A stretch of DNA of 18,941 bases from Deferribacterales bacterium. Lineage in GTDB: Bacteria; Chrysiogenota; Deferribacteres; Deferribacterales; Geovibrionaceae. Positions 7,786-17,042 of this stretch are shown here, piece after piece. The position numbers were made by a program, and so were the translations under genes. Every line of letters starts with the position of its first letter. Positions within the stretch are counted from its first letter, which is position 1. The DNA lies in NCBI GenBank assembly GCA_050253335.1, contig JBFWJG010000045.1:1-18941 (forward strand), in the 5' to 3' direction. The notes under the pieces were generated by a model, which was not told the DNA's origin, made no database searches, and saw only the letters and a list, made by a program, of their open reading frames with translations.

Positions 7786-8659
7786 ATATATCCTGACACT
7801 TATTGCTGTTCTGGCTCTGTTCTCAGGCTGCGGCAAGAAGACCGACCCTGTTGTGCTCACTGAGGCCGTTCCTGCTCCGGGTGAGAATCTGCGTATTTTC
7901 AACAATGATCAGGGCGTGGTTATCCGCAATGCGGACAAGCGTTTTGCTGTTAAGGTGCAGAGGGCGGTTTTTGACCCTTCCTGCGGATGCCTGACGGACT
8001 ATGCGGATATAACCGAAATTCCGCCGTCCACCGCCTTTGTGGATGATAATGTCACTGCGGATGTGCGCTATGTTTACAGCATCGTTGCTCTGCATCCGGT
8101 TTACAACAACAGATCCCAGCCTGTGAAAAAGGCTGTTATATATGCCAAGCCGGTTAAAATAACCGATGTGCAGATAAAGGAACTCGCAGGGGACAGGTTC
8201 GCATTCACCCTTAAAGCGGACAGACCCTATGAGCGCTTCGAGGTTTTCATAGACGGCGGGCTTGAGCTCCGCACCTCAAGGGAAAGCTTCGAGGTGAACA
8301 TGGAAGGGAAGGAAAACCGCACCGTTACCATGTATCCTTTTGACAAATACGGCAACGCAGGCGAGGAGAGGATTGTCCGCCTCGCTGTGAAGCAGGTTGT
8401 TCCCAGAGCGCCTTTCGGCTTCAGAAGTGTTTACGGGAACGGAACACTGACCCTTTCATGGGATGAGCCGGAAGGGGCGTGGCTCTATAATGTTTATATA
8501 ATGAAGGGCGGAAACTACTCATTTCTGGCAAAAGTTGATGTGCCCTTCTTCATGTACTCCGTGGGGCAGAACACCACGGACTGCCTGAAGTTTGCTGTTT
8601 CATCAGCAACAGACGGCAGCGAATCCGACAGAACGGAATACGAGGCGTGCTGGCCCTGA
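7772..8659 (+). CDS. Lipoprotein with fibronectin type III-like beta domains
   Basis: Signal peptide with lipobox LFSG-C followed by GKKTDP; FN3-like motifs (FVDDNV...YVYSIVA; P.AP.G....[10 protein letters not shown]....YNVY). Overlaps the argH end by 14 nt. Confidence 0.75.
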   Translation: MRFYKYILTLIAVLALFSGCGKKTDPVVLTEAVPAPGENLRIFNNDQGVVIRNADKRFAVKVQRAVFDPSCGCLTDYADITEIPPSTAFVDDNVTADVRYVYSIVALHPVYNNRSQPVKKAVIYAKPVKITDVQIKELAGDRFAFTLKADRPYERFEVFIDGGLELRTSRESFEVNMEGKENRTVTMYPFDKYGNAGEERIVRLAVKQVVPRAPFGFRSVYGNGTLTLSWDEPEGAWLYNVYIMKGGNYSFLAKVDVPFFMYSVGQNTTDCLKFAVSSATDGSESDRTEYEACWP

Positions 8660-8666
8660 TTTAATA

Positions 8667-8759
8667 ATCCTGAATTTCCCTCCATGGAAATTCAGGATAC
8701 ACGCTCGCGGCAGGAAAAACCTGCCTTCGCTTCGCACGGCGGAACTCCATCCGTGGAGT
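8667..8759 (-). repeat. Family A element, copy A3
   Basis: - strand: actcc-ACGGAT-ggagt, cgccgtgcgaagcgaa, ggcagg-ttttt-cctgcc, gcgagcgtgta, tcctgaatttcc-ATGGAG-ggaaattcagga. Confidence 0.88.
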
Positions 8760-8805
8760 GTTTCTGTTGAGAGGCAAGAGTATCTGGCTGTCCTGTTTTT
8801 CCTGC

Positions 8806-8834
8806 TTGAAAAACGGACATGCGCTATATATAAT
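8806..8834 (+). promoter_or_regulatory. Sigma70-type promoter of the TPR-folE2-ankyrin unit
   Basis: TTGAAA (8806-8811), 17 bp, TATAAT (8829-8834). Confidence 0.7.
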
Positions 8835-8917
8835 TTGTGACTTTTCCCTGCTCTTTTGAAAAAGCAGGTTGTTTTAGGAAAAAGTAAAAAAGATTTTTCA
8901 TACAGGTCGGTGTTTTT

Positions 8918-9637
8918 ATGTTTACTATTCTTATTTCCGTCAGTGCGTCAGCTCTCCTTGCCATAGGGATTTATGCCCTGACCTACAACATCTGGTGGTC
9001 GCTCACCGTGGCAGTTCTGGGTATCATCGCCGTAAACTTCTTTCTGGGCAGGCATTTTCTTAACAAGCTCAAGGAACTTTTCGGCAGTGTGGAAAAGGAC
9101 CTCCGCGCGGGAAGATATGAGAAGGCAATAGAGCGCCTCAAAGAGGGGTACAAATACTCCAACTGGCAGTTCTTCGTAAAAGAGCAGATCAACGCTCAGA
9201 TAGGCATAATCCTCTATTCCACCAAAAAGCTTGATGAGGCGGTTTCCTACCTTGAGAAGGGGTTTGACAAAAACTGGCTCTCCATGAGTATGCTCGCCGC
9301 TTCCCAGTACAGGGCGAAAGAGACTGAAAAAGCGCTCAAGACCCTTGAGTCCGCTGTAAAAGGATCGCCTAAGGAAGGATTTGTCTACAGCTTCTACGCG
9401 TGGATGCTCAGCGGAAACGGAGACGATTCAAAAGCAATAGAAGTGCTGAACAAAGGGTTTAAGAAATGTCCGCTTGATGAAAAGCTTGAGGCGAACCTTG
9501 AGGCGCTGAAAAACGGCAAGAAGATAAAAATGGAGAGATACGGCAACGTATGGCTTCAGCTTCAGCTTACAAAAGTTCCCGAAGGCGCAAAACCTTACCA
9601 GCAGTTCATAGCCAACCAGCGCATTAAGAGAAGGTAA
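8918..9637 (+). CDS. Membrane-anchored tetratricopeptide repeat protein
   Basis: Two N-terminal hydrophobic helices, then TPR-like helices (YEKAIERLKEG, LDEAVSYLEKG, KALKTLESAVK, KAIEVLNKG). Confidence 0.75.
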   Translation: MFTILISVSASALLAIGIYALTYNIWWSLTVAVLGIIAVNFFLGRHFLNKLKELFGSVEKDLRAGRYEKAIERLKEGYKYSNWQFFVKEQINAQIGIILYSTKKLDEAVSYLEKGFDKNWLSMSMLAASQYRAKETEKALKTLESAVKGSPKEGFVYSFYAWMLSGNGDDSKAIEVLNKGFKKCPLDEKLEANLEALKNGKKIKMERYGNVWLQLQLTKVPEGAKPYQQFIANQRIKRR

Positions 9638-9640
9638 TAA

Positions 9641-10420
9641 TTGAGAGACATTCAGAACGAAAAAGATGCCCGCAATATCAGCATTGATAAGGTGGGCATC
9701 AAAGGGATAGTTTATCCCGTTATTCTTGATGATAAAAAGAAGGGACGTCAGCACACCAACGCCTCTATCAGCATGTATGTTCAGCTTCCGCAGGACTTTA
9801 AGGGAACCCATATGTCCCGCTTTGTGGAAATTCTCAATGACCACAGGGAGAATATGGGTATATCCACCGTCTGGACTATCCTTGAGGAGATGAAGAGACG
9901 CCTCGGCTCAAGCGAATCCCACATAGAGCTTTTCTTCAAATATTTCGTAGAAAAAGAGGCTCCGGTATCGGGGCTTACCTCAATGATGGACTACACCTGC
10001 GAATATTACGCCACGCTCACAGACACCGAGCGGGACTTTGTTCTCTGTGTTAAAGTGCCGGTGATGACCCTCTGCCCCTGCTCAAAAGAGATAAGCGAGT
10101 TCGGCGCGCACAACCAGAGAAGCATAATAAGCGTCAAGGTGCGCTTTAAAAAAATGCTCTGGATTGAGGAACTTGTGGAAATAGCGGAATCCTCCGCCTC
10201 CTCCCCCGTTTATCCTCTGCTGAAGCGTGAGGACGAGAAGTATGTCACGGAGCATTCATATATGAATCCGGCTTTTGTGGAGGATGTGGTGCGCAACGCC
10301 GCGGAAAAGCTCATGGCGGATAACAGAGTCATCTGGTTTGAGGTTTCAAGCGAAAACTACGAGAGCATCCACAACCACAGCGCCTACGCCGTCATAGTGC
10401 GTGACAAACGCGCCCTGTAG
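9641..10420 (+). CDS. folE2: GTP cyclohydrolase IB (FolE2)
   Basis: Motifs DIQ..KD.R.I.IDKVGIK, KGTHMSRF, TLCPCSKEIS..GAHNQRS, LLKREDEK.VTE, FVEDVVR and ESIHNHSAYA. Confidence 0.96.
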   Translation: MRDIQNEKDARNISIDKVGIKGIVYPVILDDKKKGRQHTNASISMYVQLPQDFKGTHMSRFVEILNDHRENMGISTVWTILEEMKRRLGSSESHIELFFKYFVEKEAPVSGLTSMMDYTCEYYATLTDTERDFVLCVKVPVMTLCPCSKEISEFGAHNQRSIISVKVRFKKMLWIEELVEIAESSASSPVYPLLKREDEKYVTEHSYMNPAFVEDVVRNAAEKLMADNRVIWFEVSSENYESIHNHSAYAVIVRDKRAL

Positions 10421-10452
10421 ACAATTTTCTCATAAACAGCTATAGTTAATCC

Positions 10453-11286
10453 ATGAAGCTGTTTTTCCGGATCCTTCTCGGTATTGCCATTGTAATCACT
10501 GCTCTTCTCTTTGCGGACTCCATGAGGGAGCAGCCGCTGATGGGGCAGTTTCTGAGCGAATACATTGTGCCGCTCAAGAACAGGCTTACGGTGTTCGGCT
10601 CCGCGGAAGAAGACAACGAGGCACCGCAGACAGAGAATCCGGCTTTTCCCCCTTCTGAAAATTTCACATCCGTCCCCGAAGATGAACCCGAAGCTTTGCC
10701 CGAGCCCGGCGGGAGAGAATCCCCACTGACAGATGCCCTCCGTAGAGGCGATCTGGATGAGGTGAGCAGGCTGGTTCAGAACGGCGAAAGCATCAACAGC
10801 ACAGATATTCTGGGCAATACCCCTCTTGTCTACGCCATAACTGGAGGCAATGCGCGTGCGGCGGAGCTTATGCTTATGCACGGCGCAGACCCCGACATAA
10901 AAGACTATGAAGGCAGAACGCCGACTCACAAGGCAGCTAGAAGAAACAGAGAGCAGATAATACGCCTGCTCATAGAAAGGGGAGCTGATGTGAACGCGGC
11001 GGACAACGAAGGCGTAACACCGCTGATGCTCGCCGTGAGATACGGTTTTCATGAAATAATAGTGGATCTGATTAAGAGCGGCGCCGATGTGAACAGGGCG
11101 GACGCAAACGGCTTTACCCCGCTTATGTATGCCGCGCAGTACGGGAATGTAGACGGCGCTGCGGCTCTGATCGCCTCCTCTGCGGATACCATGACTGCGG
11201 ATGCCTACGGACGCTCAGCCCTTGATCTGGCTAAGGAATACGGCCACGAGAACATAGCAAACCTGCTTGTCAGGAACATGCAGTAG
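10453..11286 (+). CDS. Ankyrin repeat protein with N-terminal signal/anchor and Pro/Glu-rich linker
   Basis: About 6 ankyrin repeats (G.TPL..A...G......L...GADVN) after a hydrophobic N-terminus. Confidence 0.9.
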   Translation: MKLFFRILLGIAIVITALLFADSMREQPLMGQFLSEYIVPLKNRLTVFGSAEEDNEAPQTENPAFPPSENFTSVPEDEPEALPEPGGRESPLTDALRRGDLDEVSRLVQNGESINSTDILGNTPLVYAITGGNARAAELMLMHGADPDIKDYEGRTPTHKAARRNREQIIRLLIERGADVNAADNEGVTPLMLAVRYGFHEIIVDLIKSGADVNRADANGFTPLMYAAQYGNVDGAAALIASSADTMTADAYGRSALDLAKEYGHENIANLLVRNMQ

Positions 11287-11287
11287 G

Positions 11288-11797
11288 CTAAAAGCCTGCG
11301 GTCAGCCCCTTCCATGTCTCGAACACAGCGATAATCCCCAGAACAATCTTCATCCCTGTTCCTATGAACCTGCCCGTGAAAGTGGCGAGACCCCGTTTAA
11401 GAGCCGTTCTGTGGTCGGAGAATTTGAAATACTCGTACAGATAAGTTCCCAGAAACGCGCCGAGGAAAGTTCCCGGAACTGCGCCAATGCCCAAGAGGAC
11501 GCCCGCTCCGAAAAGCCCGCCTATGAGTGAGCCGATGACAGAGGCGAAGAAGCTCATGTTGGACACGCCGTATTTTTTTCCCACAAAGTATGACGCGGCA
11601 AGCTCAACAGCCTCGCCTGCGGCCACAAGCAGAAGAACTGTGTAAAAAACATTCCAGTCCATATGACCGGACAGCGCCCAGAAAAGAGGGATGAGAAGCA
11701 CGGCGATATTCCCCGGAAGCCCGAGGAGATTGACAAGTACAAACAATATCTGCACCCCGACGGAAGCGAGGGCTAAAAGCTCATACTCTGGGCTCAC
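11288..11797 (-). CDS. DUF456 (YqgC-like) membrane protein
   Basis: Hydrophobic; LPG motif, KKYG.S, G..IGG.FG and G.FLGAFLG.YLYE pattern. Confidence 0.75.
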   Translation of the reverse strand: MSPEYELLALASVGVQILFVLVNLLGLPGNIAVLLIPLFWALSGHMDWNVFYTVLLLVAAGEAVELAASYFVGKKYGVSNMSFFASVIGSLIGGLFGAGVLLGIGAVPGTFLGAFLGTYLYEYFKFSDHRTALKRGLATFTGRFIGTGMKIVLGIIAVFETWKGLTAGF

Positions 11798-12558
11798 AGC
11801 GCTATTTTCCTTATGACGGTTTCACGGGGGAGATACATGGCCTCAACGCAGAAGTTCTCCCGGCAGAAAGCGGAGTATTTATCAAGAAGCTCATACGAGT
11901 TGTTTTCGTGGCTCACATGGGCGAAGACCACCTTTTTCAGTCCGTTCCGGCTGAGGTGTCCCACAGTGTTCAGCGCGTCCTTGTTGGAGAGATGCCCCTT
12001 GTGGGATGTGATGCGGCGTTTGAGGTATTCCGGGTATGAACCTTCGGCGAGGAGTTTTTCCTCATAGTTCGATTCCAGTATGACCGATTCCGCCTCGCCG
12101 AGATGTTCCAGAATGTATGTTCCCGCCACTCCGAGGTCAGTTGCCATGGCGATTTTTTTGCTGCCGAAGTCAAAGCGGAAGGCGAACGGCTCGTGTCCGT
12201 CATGGGTGATGGAGAAAGGGGTCACAGAAAAATCTTCAAGCTCATAGAGGAAATCAGGGTCGATTATCATAAATCGGCTTACGTCAAACCCCTTTCTTTC
12301 AAGTTCGCCTGCTGTTCCCTCGCTGGTGTAGACGGTTGGTTTAAGCTTATTTATAAATGGCTTGAGCCCTTTTATGTGGTCGTTGTGCTCATGGGTGAGA
12401 AAAAGGCTTATCCTCTTTGAGCTTATATCGGTTTCGCTCAGGGCGTCCGCAACATTTTTATACGCCGTGCCTGCGTCTATGAAAACAAGGTTGTCCCCGT
12501 GCTCAATGCAGCAGCAGTTTCCGGAACTGCCGGAGGCAGCGACATTCAGAACAGGCAT
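11794..12558 (-). CDS. MBL-fold metallo-hydrolase, YycJ/WalJ-like
   Basis: Motifs ASGSSGN, IDAG, THEHNDH (HxHxDH), HD..EP, TDLG, LESNY, YP.YLK.RI....GHLSN and H.S.ENN. Confidence 0.88.
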   Translation of the reverse strand: MPVLNVAASGSSGNCCCIEHGDNLVFIDAGTAYKNVADALSETDISSKRISLFLTHEHNDHIKGLKPFINKLKPTVYTSEGTAGELERKGFDVSRFMIIDPDFLYELEDFSVTPFSITHDGHEPFAFRFDFGSKKIAMATDLGVAGTYILEHLGEAESVILESNYEEKLLAEGSYPEYLKRRITSHKGHLSNKDALNTVGHLSRNGLKKVVFAHVSHENNSYELLDKYSAFCRENFCVEAMYLPRETVIRKIAL

Positions 12559-13133
12559 CAGATGATCCCCTCATATTTTCTGGTGAACTGGTATGCCTCA
12601 AGCATGAATATTGTGACAAGGGCAGAGACAATGAGCAGGACATGATCCCCCCCTGTGAGGACGTAGATCCAGAAAAAAGTTATAAGCAGGCGGACAGACA
12701 GACTTCCGGAGGGTTTCGCAAGTCCGCGCACTCCGAAGGTGTTTACCCCGAAAGTCTCGCGCCCTGCGAAAAGCAGGAGATAAGCCGCGAGTATAAGCAG
12801 GATGATGAAGCCTGTCTGTATATAAATATCCTCACTGGCAAGGAAATAGAGCAGAAAAGGGTAGGCGGCAACGAAGAGGAACACGCCTGTTATTATCAGG
12901 AGCGGTTTTATCAGCGCGGTTGATAAAAAGCGTGCGACAGGGCGGCCGAAGGAGATCTCCTGCTCAACATAACCCCTTGAGAACAGGACAAAAACAGCGG
13001 CAAAGACAGTGCTTGTTCCGTCAATGTAGCCTAAGGAGAAAGAGAGAAGGAGCGCCCAGAAGGGGAGGCGCGAGAATATGAAGGCCAGTGTGAACAGCGG
13101 CTTGCGGGCAAAATAATAAAGCAGGCTCCGCAT
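12558..13133 (-). CDS. Hypothetical integral membrane protein
   Basis: 191 aa with several hydrophobic segments; start and stop codons overlap both neighbours. Confidence 0.7.
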   Translation of the reverse strand: MRSLLYYFARKPLFTLAFIFSRLPFWALLLSFSLGYIDGTSTVFAAVFVLFSRGYVEQEISFGRPVARFLSTALIKPLLIITGVFLFVAAYPFLLYFLASEDIYIQTGFIILLILAAYLLLFAGRETFGVNTFGVRGLAKPSGSLSVRLLITFFWIYVLTGGDHVLLIVSALVTIFMLEAYQFTRKYEGII

Positions 13134-15682
13134 TATTTCTCCGACATTTTTTTCAGTCTGGCAAGGGCGTTCAGCGCCTCGACAGGGGTCATGTTATTTA
13201 TATCCATGCTTCTTAATTCGTCCAATGCGGGGCTGTCCTCAAATATAAGCATCTGCTGAACAACTTTTTCCTGCCTTATTTTGCTCTGGGAGAGCTTAGG
13301 CGTTCCGTCAGTGCCGAATTCATTCTTTTCAAGCTTTGAGAGAACCTCGTAGCCTCTGTCTATCACATAACGGGGGAGTCCCGCAAGCTTGGCGACATGT
13401 ATTCCGTAGCTTCTGTCCGCAGTGCCTCTTATGACCCTGCGCATGAAGATGACCTCATCGTTCCATTCCCGCACTTCGGTTGTGAGGTTCACCGCCCCGC
13501 GGAGGGAGGAGGGGATGTCCGTAAGTTCGTGATAGTGGGTGGCAAAGAGAGTCTTCGCCTTCACTTTTTCCAGTATATATTCAGCGACTGACCACGCTAT
13601 AGAGATACCGTCGAAGGTGGATGTGCCTCTGCCTATCTCATCAAGGATGATCAGCGATTTGTCAGTGGCGTTGTGGAGAATGTTGGCTGTTTCCGTCATC
13701 TCCACCATGAATGTCGACTCGCCGCCGGCGAGGTTGTCGCTTGCGCCCACACGGGTGAATATTCTGTCCAGAAGGGGAATCTTCGCCTCCGCCGCGGGCA
13801 CGAATGAGCCCGCATGCGCCATCAGCGCCACAAGAGCCGTCATGCGGAGGTATGTGCTTTTGCCCGCCATGTTCGGCCCCGTTATGACAGCCATGCGCGA
13901 GTCATCAGAATTAAGGTAGAGATCGTTCGGCACATAGTTGTCCGTGATGTTCTTCTCCACCACGGGGTGGCGGCCTTCTCTTATGTCTATCTCTTCGAAT
14001 GAGCCTACCTGCGGGCGGACATATCTGTTCTTCACTGCGGCTTCCGCCAGTGAGGAGAGGCAGTCAATCTCGGAAACGGTTTCGGCCGAAGTGCGTATCA
14101 TTCCGCTGTAATTCGCCAGAGTGTCGCGCACCTGTGTGAAGAGGGCGTATTCCAGCTCACCCAGACGCTCCTCGGCGTACACCAGCTTTGTCTCAAGCTC
14201 CTTGAGCTCAGGAATGGTGAAACGTTCGGCGTTGACCAGAGTCTGTTTGCGGTCGTAATACTCCGGCACACGCTCAAGGTTGGATTTGGAGATTTCTATA
14301 TAGTAGCCGAACACCTTGTTGTATTTCACTTTAAGAGTGCTTATGCCGGTTTTTTTCTTCTCTTCGGTTTCGATGCGCAGAAGGTGGGTGCGGCTGTCCT
14401 TTCTCAGAGCCTTGAGTTCGTCCACGTTTTTATCATACCCTTCGCGGATTATGCCCCCCTCCTTTATGTTCAGGGGTGGTTCATCCACTATGGCGGCGTC
14501 AATTACGCTGTATATCCCTTCAAGAGCGTTGAACGCTTCGCCGGTTTCCGTCAGGTGCGGACTGCCGGATGAAATGAGCAGTTCTTTTATCTTCGGGAAT
14601 GAAATCACGGAGCTTTTCAGCCACACAAGGTCTCTGGGACTGCACCTTCCTGCGAGGAGGCGGGCGGTGATGCGCTCCATGTCGTACACGGTTGAAAGCG
14701 CCTCAAACAGGGCGTTGCGCAGTTCGCTCTGGGTGGAGAGATACTCCACTATCTCAAGACGACGGAGAATACTCTCCTTGCTGCGCAGGGGATAACGGAG
14801 CCAGTTTTTCAGGAGGCGCGCACCCATTGATGTCCGGCAGAAGTTCAGGACTGAGAAAAGGGTGTTCCGCTCGCTTCCGTCCTGAGAATTCTCCACAAGC
14901 TCAAGGGTTTTCACCGCTATGGAGTCAAGATGAAGCCTGTTCTCCGGAGCGAGGGTGACAGGATATTTCAGCTTAACATCAAGCATCAGATTCTTAGTGT
15001 ATGTGAGGAGGAGGGCAATCGCCTTGAGCCAGCCTTCCCCGTCAATCCCGAGTGATTTTTCGCTGGCTGCGCTGTAGTGTTCCAGCACCCTGCGTCTTGC
15101 GGTGTCCGCTCCGAAGGATGCGTCTATGACAGAGACAGGGCGGCTGAGGCCTTCCTGCTCTTTATTGCTTATCACTTCTGCGGGTTTCCACCTGCCTATG
15201 ATGTCGTTAATGTCTGAAGGGGCGCATTTCTCAAGGAAGATCTGCCCGGTTGATATATCCGCTGCTGCGGCGAAGATCTCTGCCTTCTCAGCCCAGAGCA
15301 CGGCGACAAAGTTGTTCGAGGCGGAGTTAAGCCCTTCGTCCTCAAGGATTGTGCCGGGGGTGACCACACGCACAACGCCTCTTTTCACTATCCCTTTGGC
15401 GCTTGCCGGATCTTCAAGCTGTTCGCAGATAGCAACATTCTTTCCCGCTTTTATGAGTTTCAGAAGATAAGGCTGATAGGAGTGGTAAGGGATTCCGCAC
15501 ATGGGTACGCCGTCCCCCCTGCTGGTGAGGGCTATGCCCATTATTTTCGAAGCGGTCTGTGCGTCCTCAAAGAACATTTCATAAAAGTCGCCCATTCGGA
15601 AAAACAGTATGGTCTCGGGATAATTATCCTTTATTTCACCGTACTGCTTCATCATCGGGGTGGTTTTCTGCGGTTTTTCCAA
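13133..15682 (-). CDS. mutS: DNA mismatch repair protein MutS
   Basis: Motifs TPMM.QY, FRMGDFYEMF, Walker A GPNMAGKS, SDNLAGGESTFMVEM, DEIGRGTST and ATHYHEL; TTG start. Confidence 0.98.
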   Translation of the reverse strand: MEKPQKTTPMMKQYGEIKDNYPETILFFRMGDFYEMFFEDAQTASKIMGIALTSRGDGVPMCGIPYHSYQPYLLKLIKAGKNVAICEQLEDPASAKGIVKRGVVRVVTPGTILEDEGLNSASNNFVAVLWAEKAEIFAAAADISTGQIFLEKCAPSDINDIIGRWKPAEVISNKEQEGLSRPVSVIDASFGADTARRRVLEHYSAASEKSLGIDGEGWLKAIALLLTYTKNLMLDVKLKYPVTLAPENRLHLDSIAVKTLELVENSQDGSERNTLFSVLNFCRTSMGARLLKNWLRYPLRSKESILRRLEIVEYLSTQSELRNALFEALSTVYDMERITARLLAGRCSPRDLVWLKSSVISFPKIKELLISSGSPHLTETGEAFNALEGIYSVIDAAIVDEPPLNIKEGGIIREGYDKNVDELKALRKDSRTHLLRIETEEKKKTGISTLKVKYNKVFGYYIEISKSNLERVPEYYDRKQTLVNAERFTIPELKELETKLVYAEERLGELEYALFTQVRDTLANYSGMIRTSAETVSEIDCLSSLAEAAVKNRYVRPQVGSFEEIDIREGRHPVVEKNITDNYVPNDLYLNSDDSRMAVITGPNMAGKSTYLRMTALVALMAHAGSFVPAAEAKIPLLDRIFTRVGASDNLAGGESTFMVEMTETANILHNATDKSLIILDEIGRGTSTFDGISIAWSVAEYILEKVKAKTLFATHYHELTDIPSSLRGAVNLTTEVREWNDEVIFMRRVIRGTADRSYGIHVAKLAGLPRYVIDRGYEVLSKLEKNEFGTDGTPKLSQSKIRQEKVVQQMLIFEDSPALDELRSMDINNMTPVEALNALARLKKMSEK

Positions 15683-15699
15683 GGTTTAGTCCTTCAGTT

Positions 15700-16731
15700 T
15701 TATAAATAAGCAAGAGTTCCGGTCGAACCGCATCCGGCGCATATATCGGCATAGTTTCCGTGCTCTGCCCCGCAGTCCGCGCATCTGTATAAGGGGCGTG
15801 CTTTGAAGTAGGTGCCCAGAAGCTCGTCTTCAAGTATTTCCGCATATGCGGCGGCAAGCGCGGCGGGGAAGCTGTGTCCGGCGGCGCATATGGAGATAAT
15901 GCTTTTCGCCTTGTCCGCTTCGTTTTTCCGGGCGTGGTAGCGGGCTGCATATATATAGAAAGGCACGTTGGCGGAGCCTGAGTTTATCTTTTTCATCACT
16001 GAGTTGAAGAGAGCGCCCATGTCGGAGTGCGCATAATAGAACTCCTCAAGAATGTTCATATGTTCTGTGCACCTCGGGAGCTCGTTCTTAATAATCTCGT
16101 CGCAGAGTGAAAGCCCTTTGGAGCGTTTCCCCTCGAGAAACAGAAGGTTCGCCTTCTCTGCCTTTGCCTCAAAGAATGAGGGGTCGCAGTTTTCGGCATA
16201 GGTGAGGAGCTTTATGGCCTGTGATCTGTCCCCGTCAGTGTCCTTGGATGCGGCAAACCAGCATCTGGCGGCTTTTTTCAGATATGCCTGTTCAAGCTTG
16301 GCATATTTTTTATAGAGCTCCGCCGCTTCCTTAAAATGACCCGATTTCTCAAGTGCATATGCACGGAAAGGGATAAGCGCAATATTCTCTTTTTTGATTA
16401 AAAATAAGAAGCCGGAATCAGCCTTCTCCGTGAGGAGAAGAACACTTTTGTAGTCCTCTGCGGCGATGCAGTCCTTTATGAGCTCACGAACCGCGGTTTG
16501 GTGCATAAGCGCAGAGAGATCATTTTTTTCAAGAATGCTTTTGTGAATCCGTTCGGCTTTATGGTGCTCGCCCTTGTCTCTCAGCAGGCTTCCGGTGACG
16601 ATATAAGCATCAACCGCTTCTATATCAGAGGAGGCCAGAGCCTTGAGGCTCGCTAACGCCGCCTCTGTGTCTCCGTCAGCCAGTTTCAGCAGTGCTTCCG
16701 CCCTGAGAGCCTGCAGATCCGCACTTTTCAT
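15700..16731 (-). CDS. LapB/YciM-like TPR protein with C-terminal rubredoxin-type metal site
   Basis: G.LLRDKGE..KA.RIH, TPR helices and C-terminal YRCADCG-x9-CAGC; directly downstream of a LapA-like gene. Confidence 0.78.
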   Translation of the reverse strand: MKSADLQALRAEALLKLADGDTEAALASLKALASSDIEAVDAYIVTGSLLRDKGEHHKAERIHKSILEKNDLSALMHQTAVRELIKDCIAAEDYKSVLLLTEKADSGFLFLIKKENIALIPFRAYALEKSGHFKEAAELYKKYAKLEQAYLKKAARCWFAASKDTDGDRSQAIKLLTYAENCDPSFFEAKAEKANLLFLEGKRSKGLSLCDEIIKNELPRCTEHMNILEEFYYAHSDMGALFNSVMKKINSGSANVPFYIYAARYHARKNEADKAKSIISICAAGHSFPAALAAAYAEILEDELLGTYFKARPLYRCADCGAEHGNYADICAGCGSTGTLAYL

Positions 16732-17042
16732 CAGATCTCCTTTGAAGAATTTTCGTTAAAGGGGAGACTGCGGAGCCTTTTTATTTCGTCCTCTCCGGTC
16801 TTCACCTTCTTTTTCAGCTTCCTGATTTCCCCTGTGAGCTTAACTCTGTCAAAGAAGTAAAGCGTGGAGGAGAGCACAAGGCCGACCACCATTGATGCGA
16901 TGATTACAAGAAAAAGCGGCATTTTCACCGCCGGAGAATTGAAAAAGTAGGTGACTTCCACCTGCTGAACATTCATAACCGCAAAAACAACTACCACCGC
17001 GATTATGATCAGCTTGATCGTGTTGCTGATTATTTTCATCAT
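16731..17042 (-). CDS. LapA family (DUF1049) membrane protein
   Basis: TM helix, FAVMN.Q.V.V.YF, PLFLVI..S..VG, then a basic coiled coil. The start may be the second ATG at 17039. Confidence 0.85.
   Translation of the reverse strand: MMKIISNTIKLIIIAVVVVFAVMNVQQVEVTYFFNSPAVKMPLFLVIIASMVVGLVLSSTLYFFDRVKLTGEIRKLKKKVKTGEDEIKRLRSLPFNENSSKEI

Noticed and set aside
10384..11052. 222-aa antisense ORF, and similar antisense ORFs over grpE, dnaK, dnaJ and mutS
   Set aside because: Shadow frames of well-supported genes with no motifs of their own.
11283..11299. Hairpin gtaggct-aaa-agcctgc spanning the convergent stop codons
   Set aside because: Short stem without a U tract; too weak to call a terminator.
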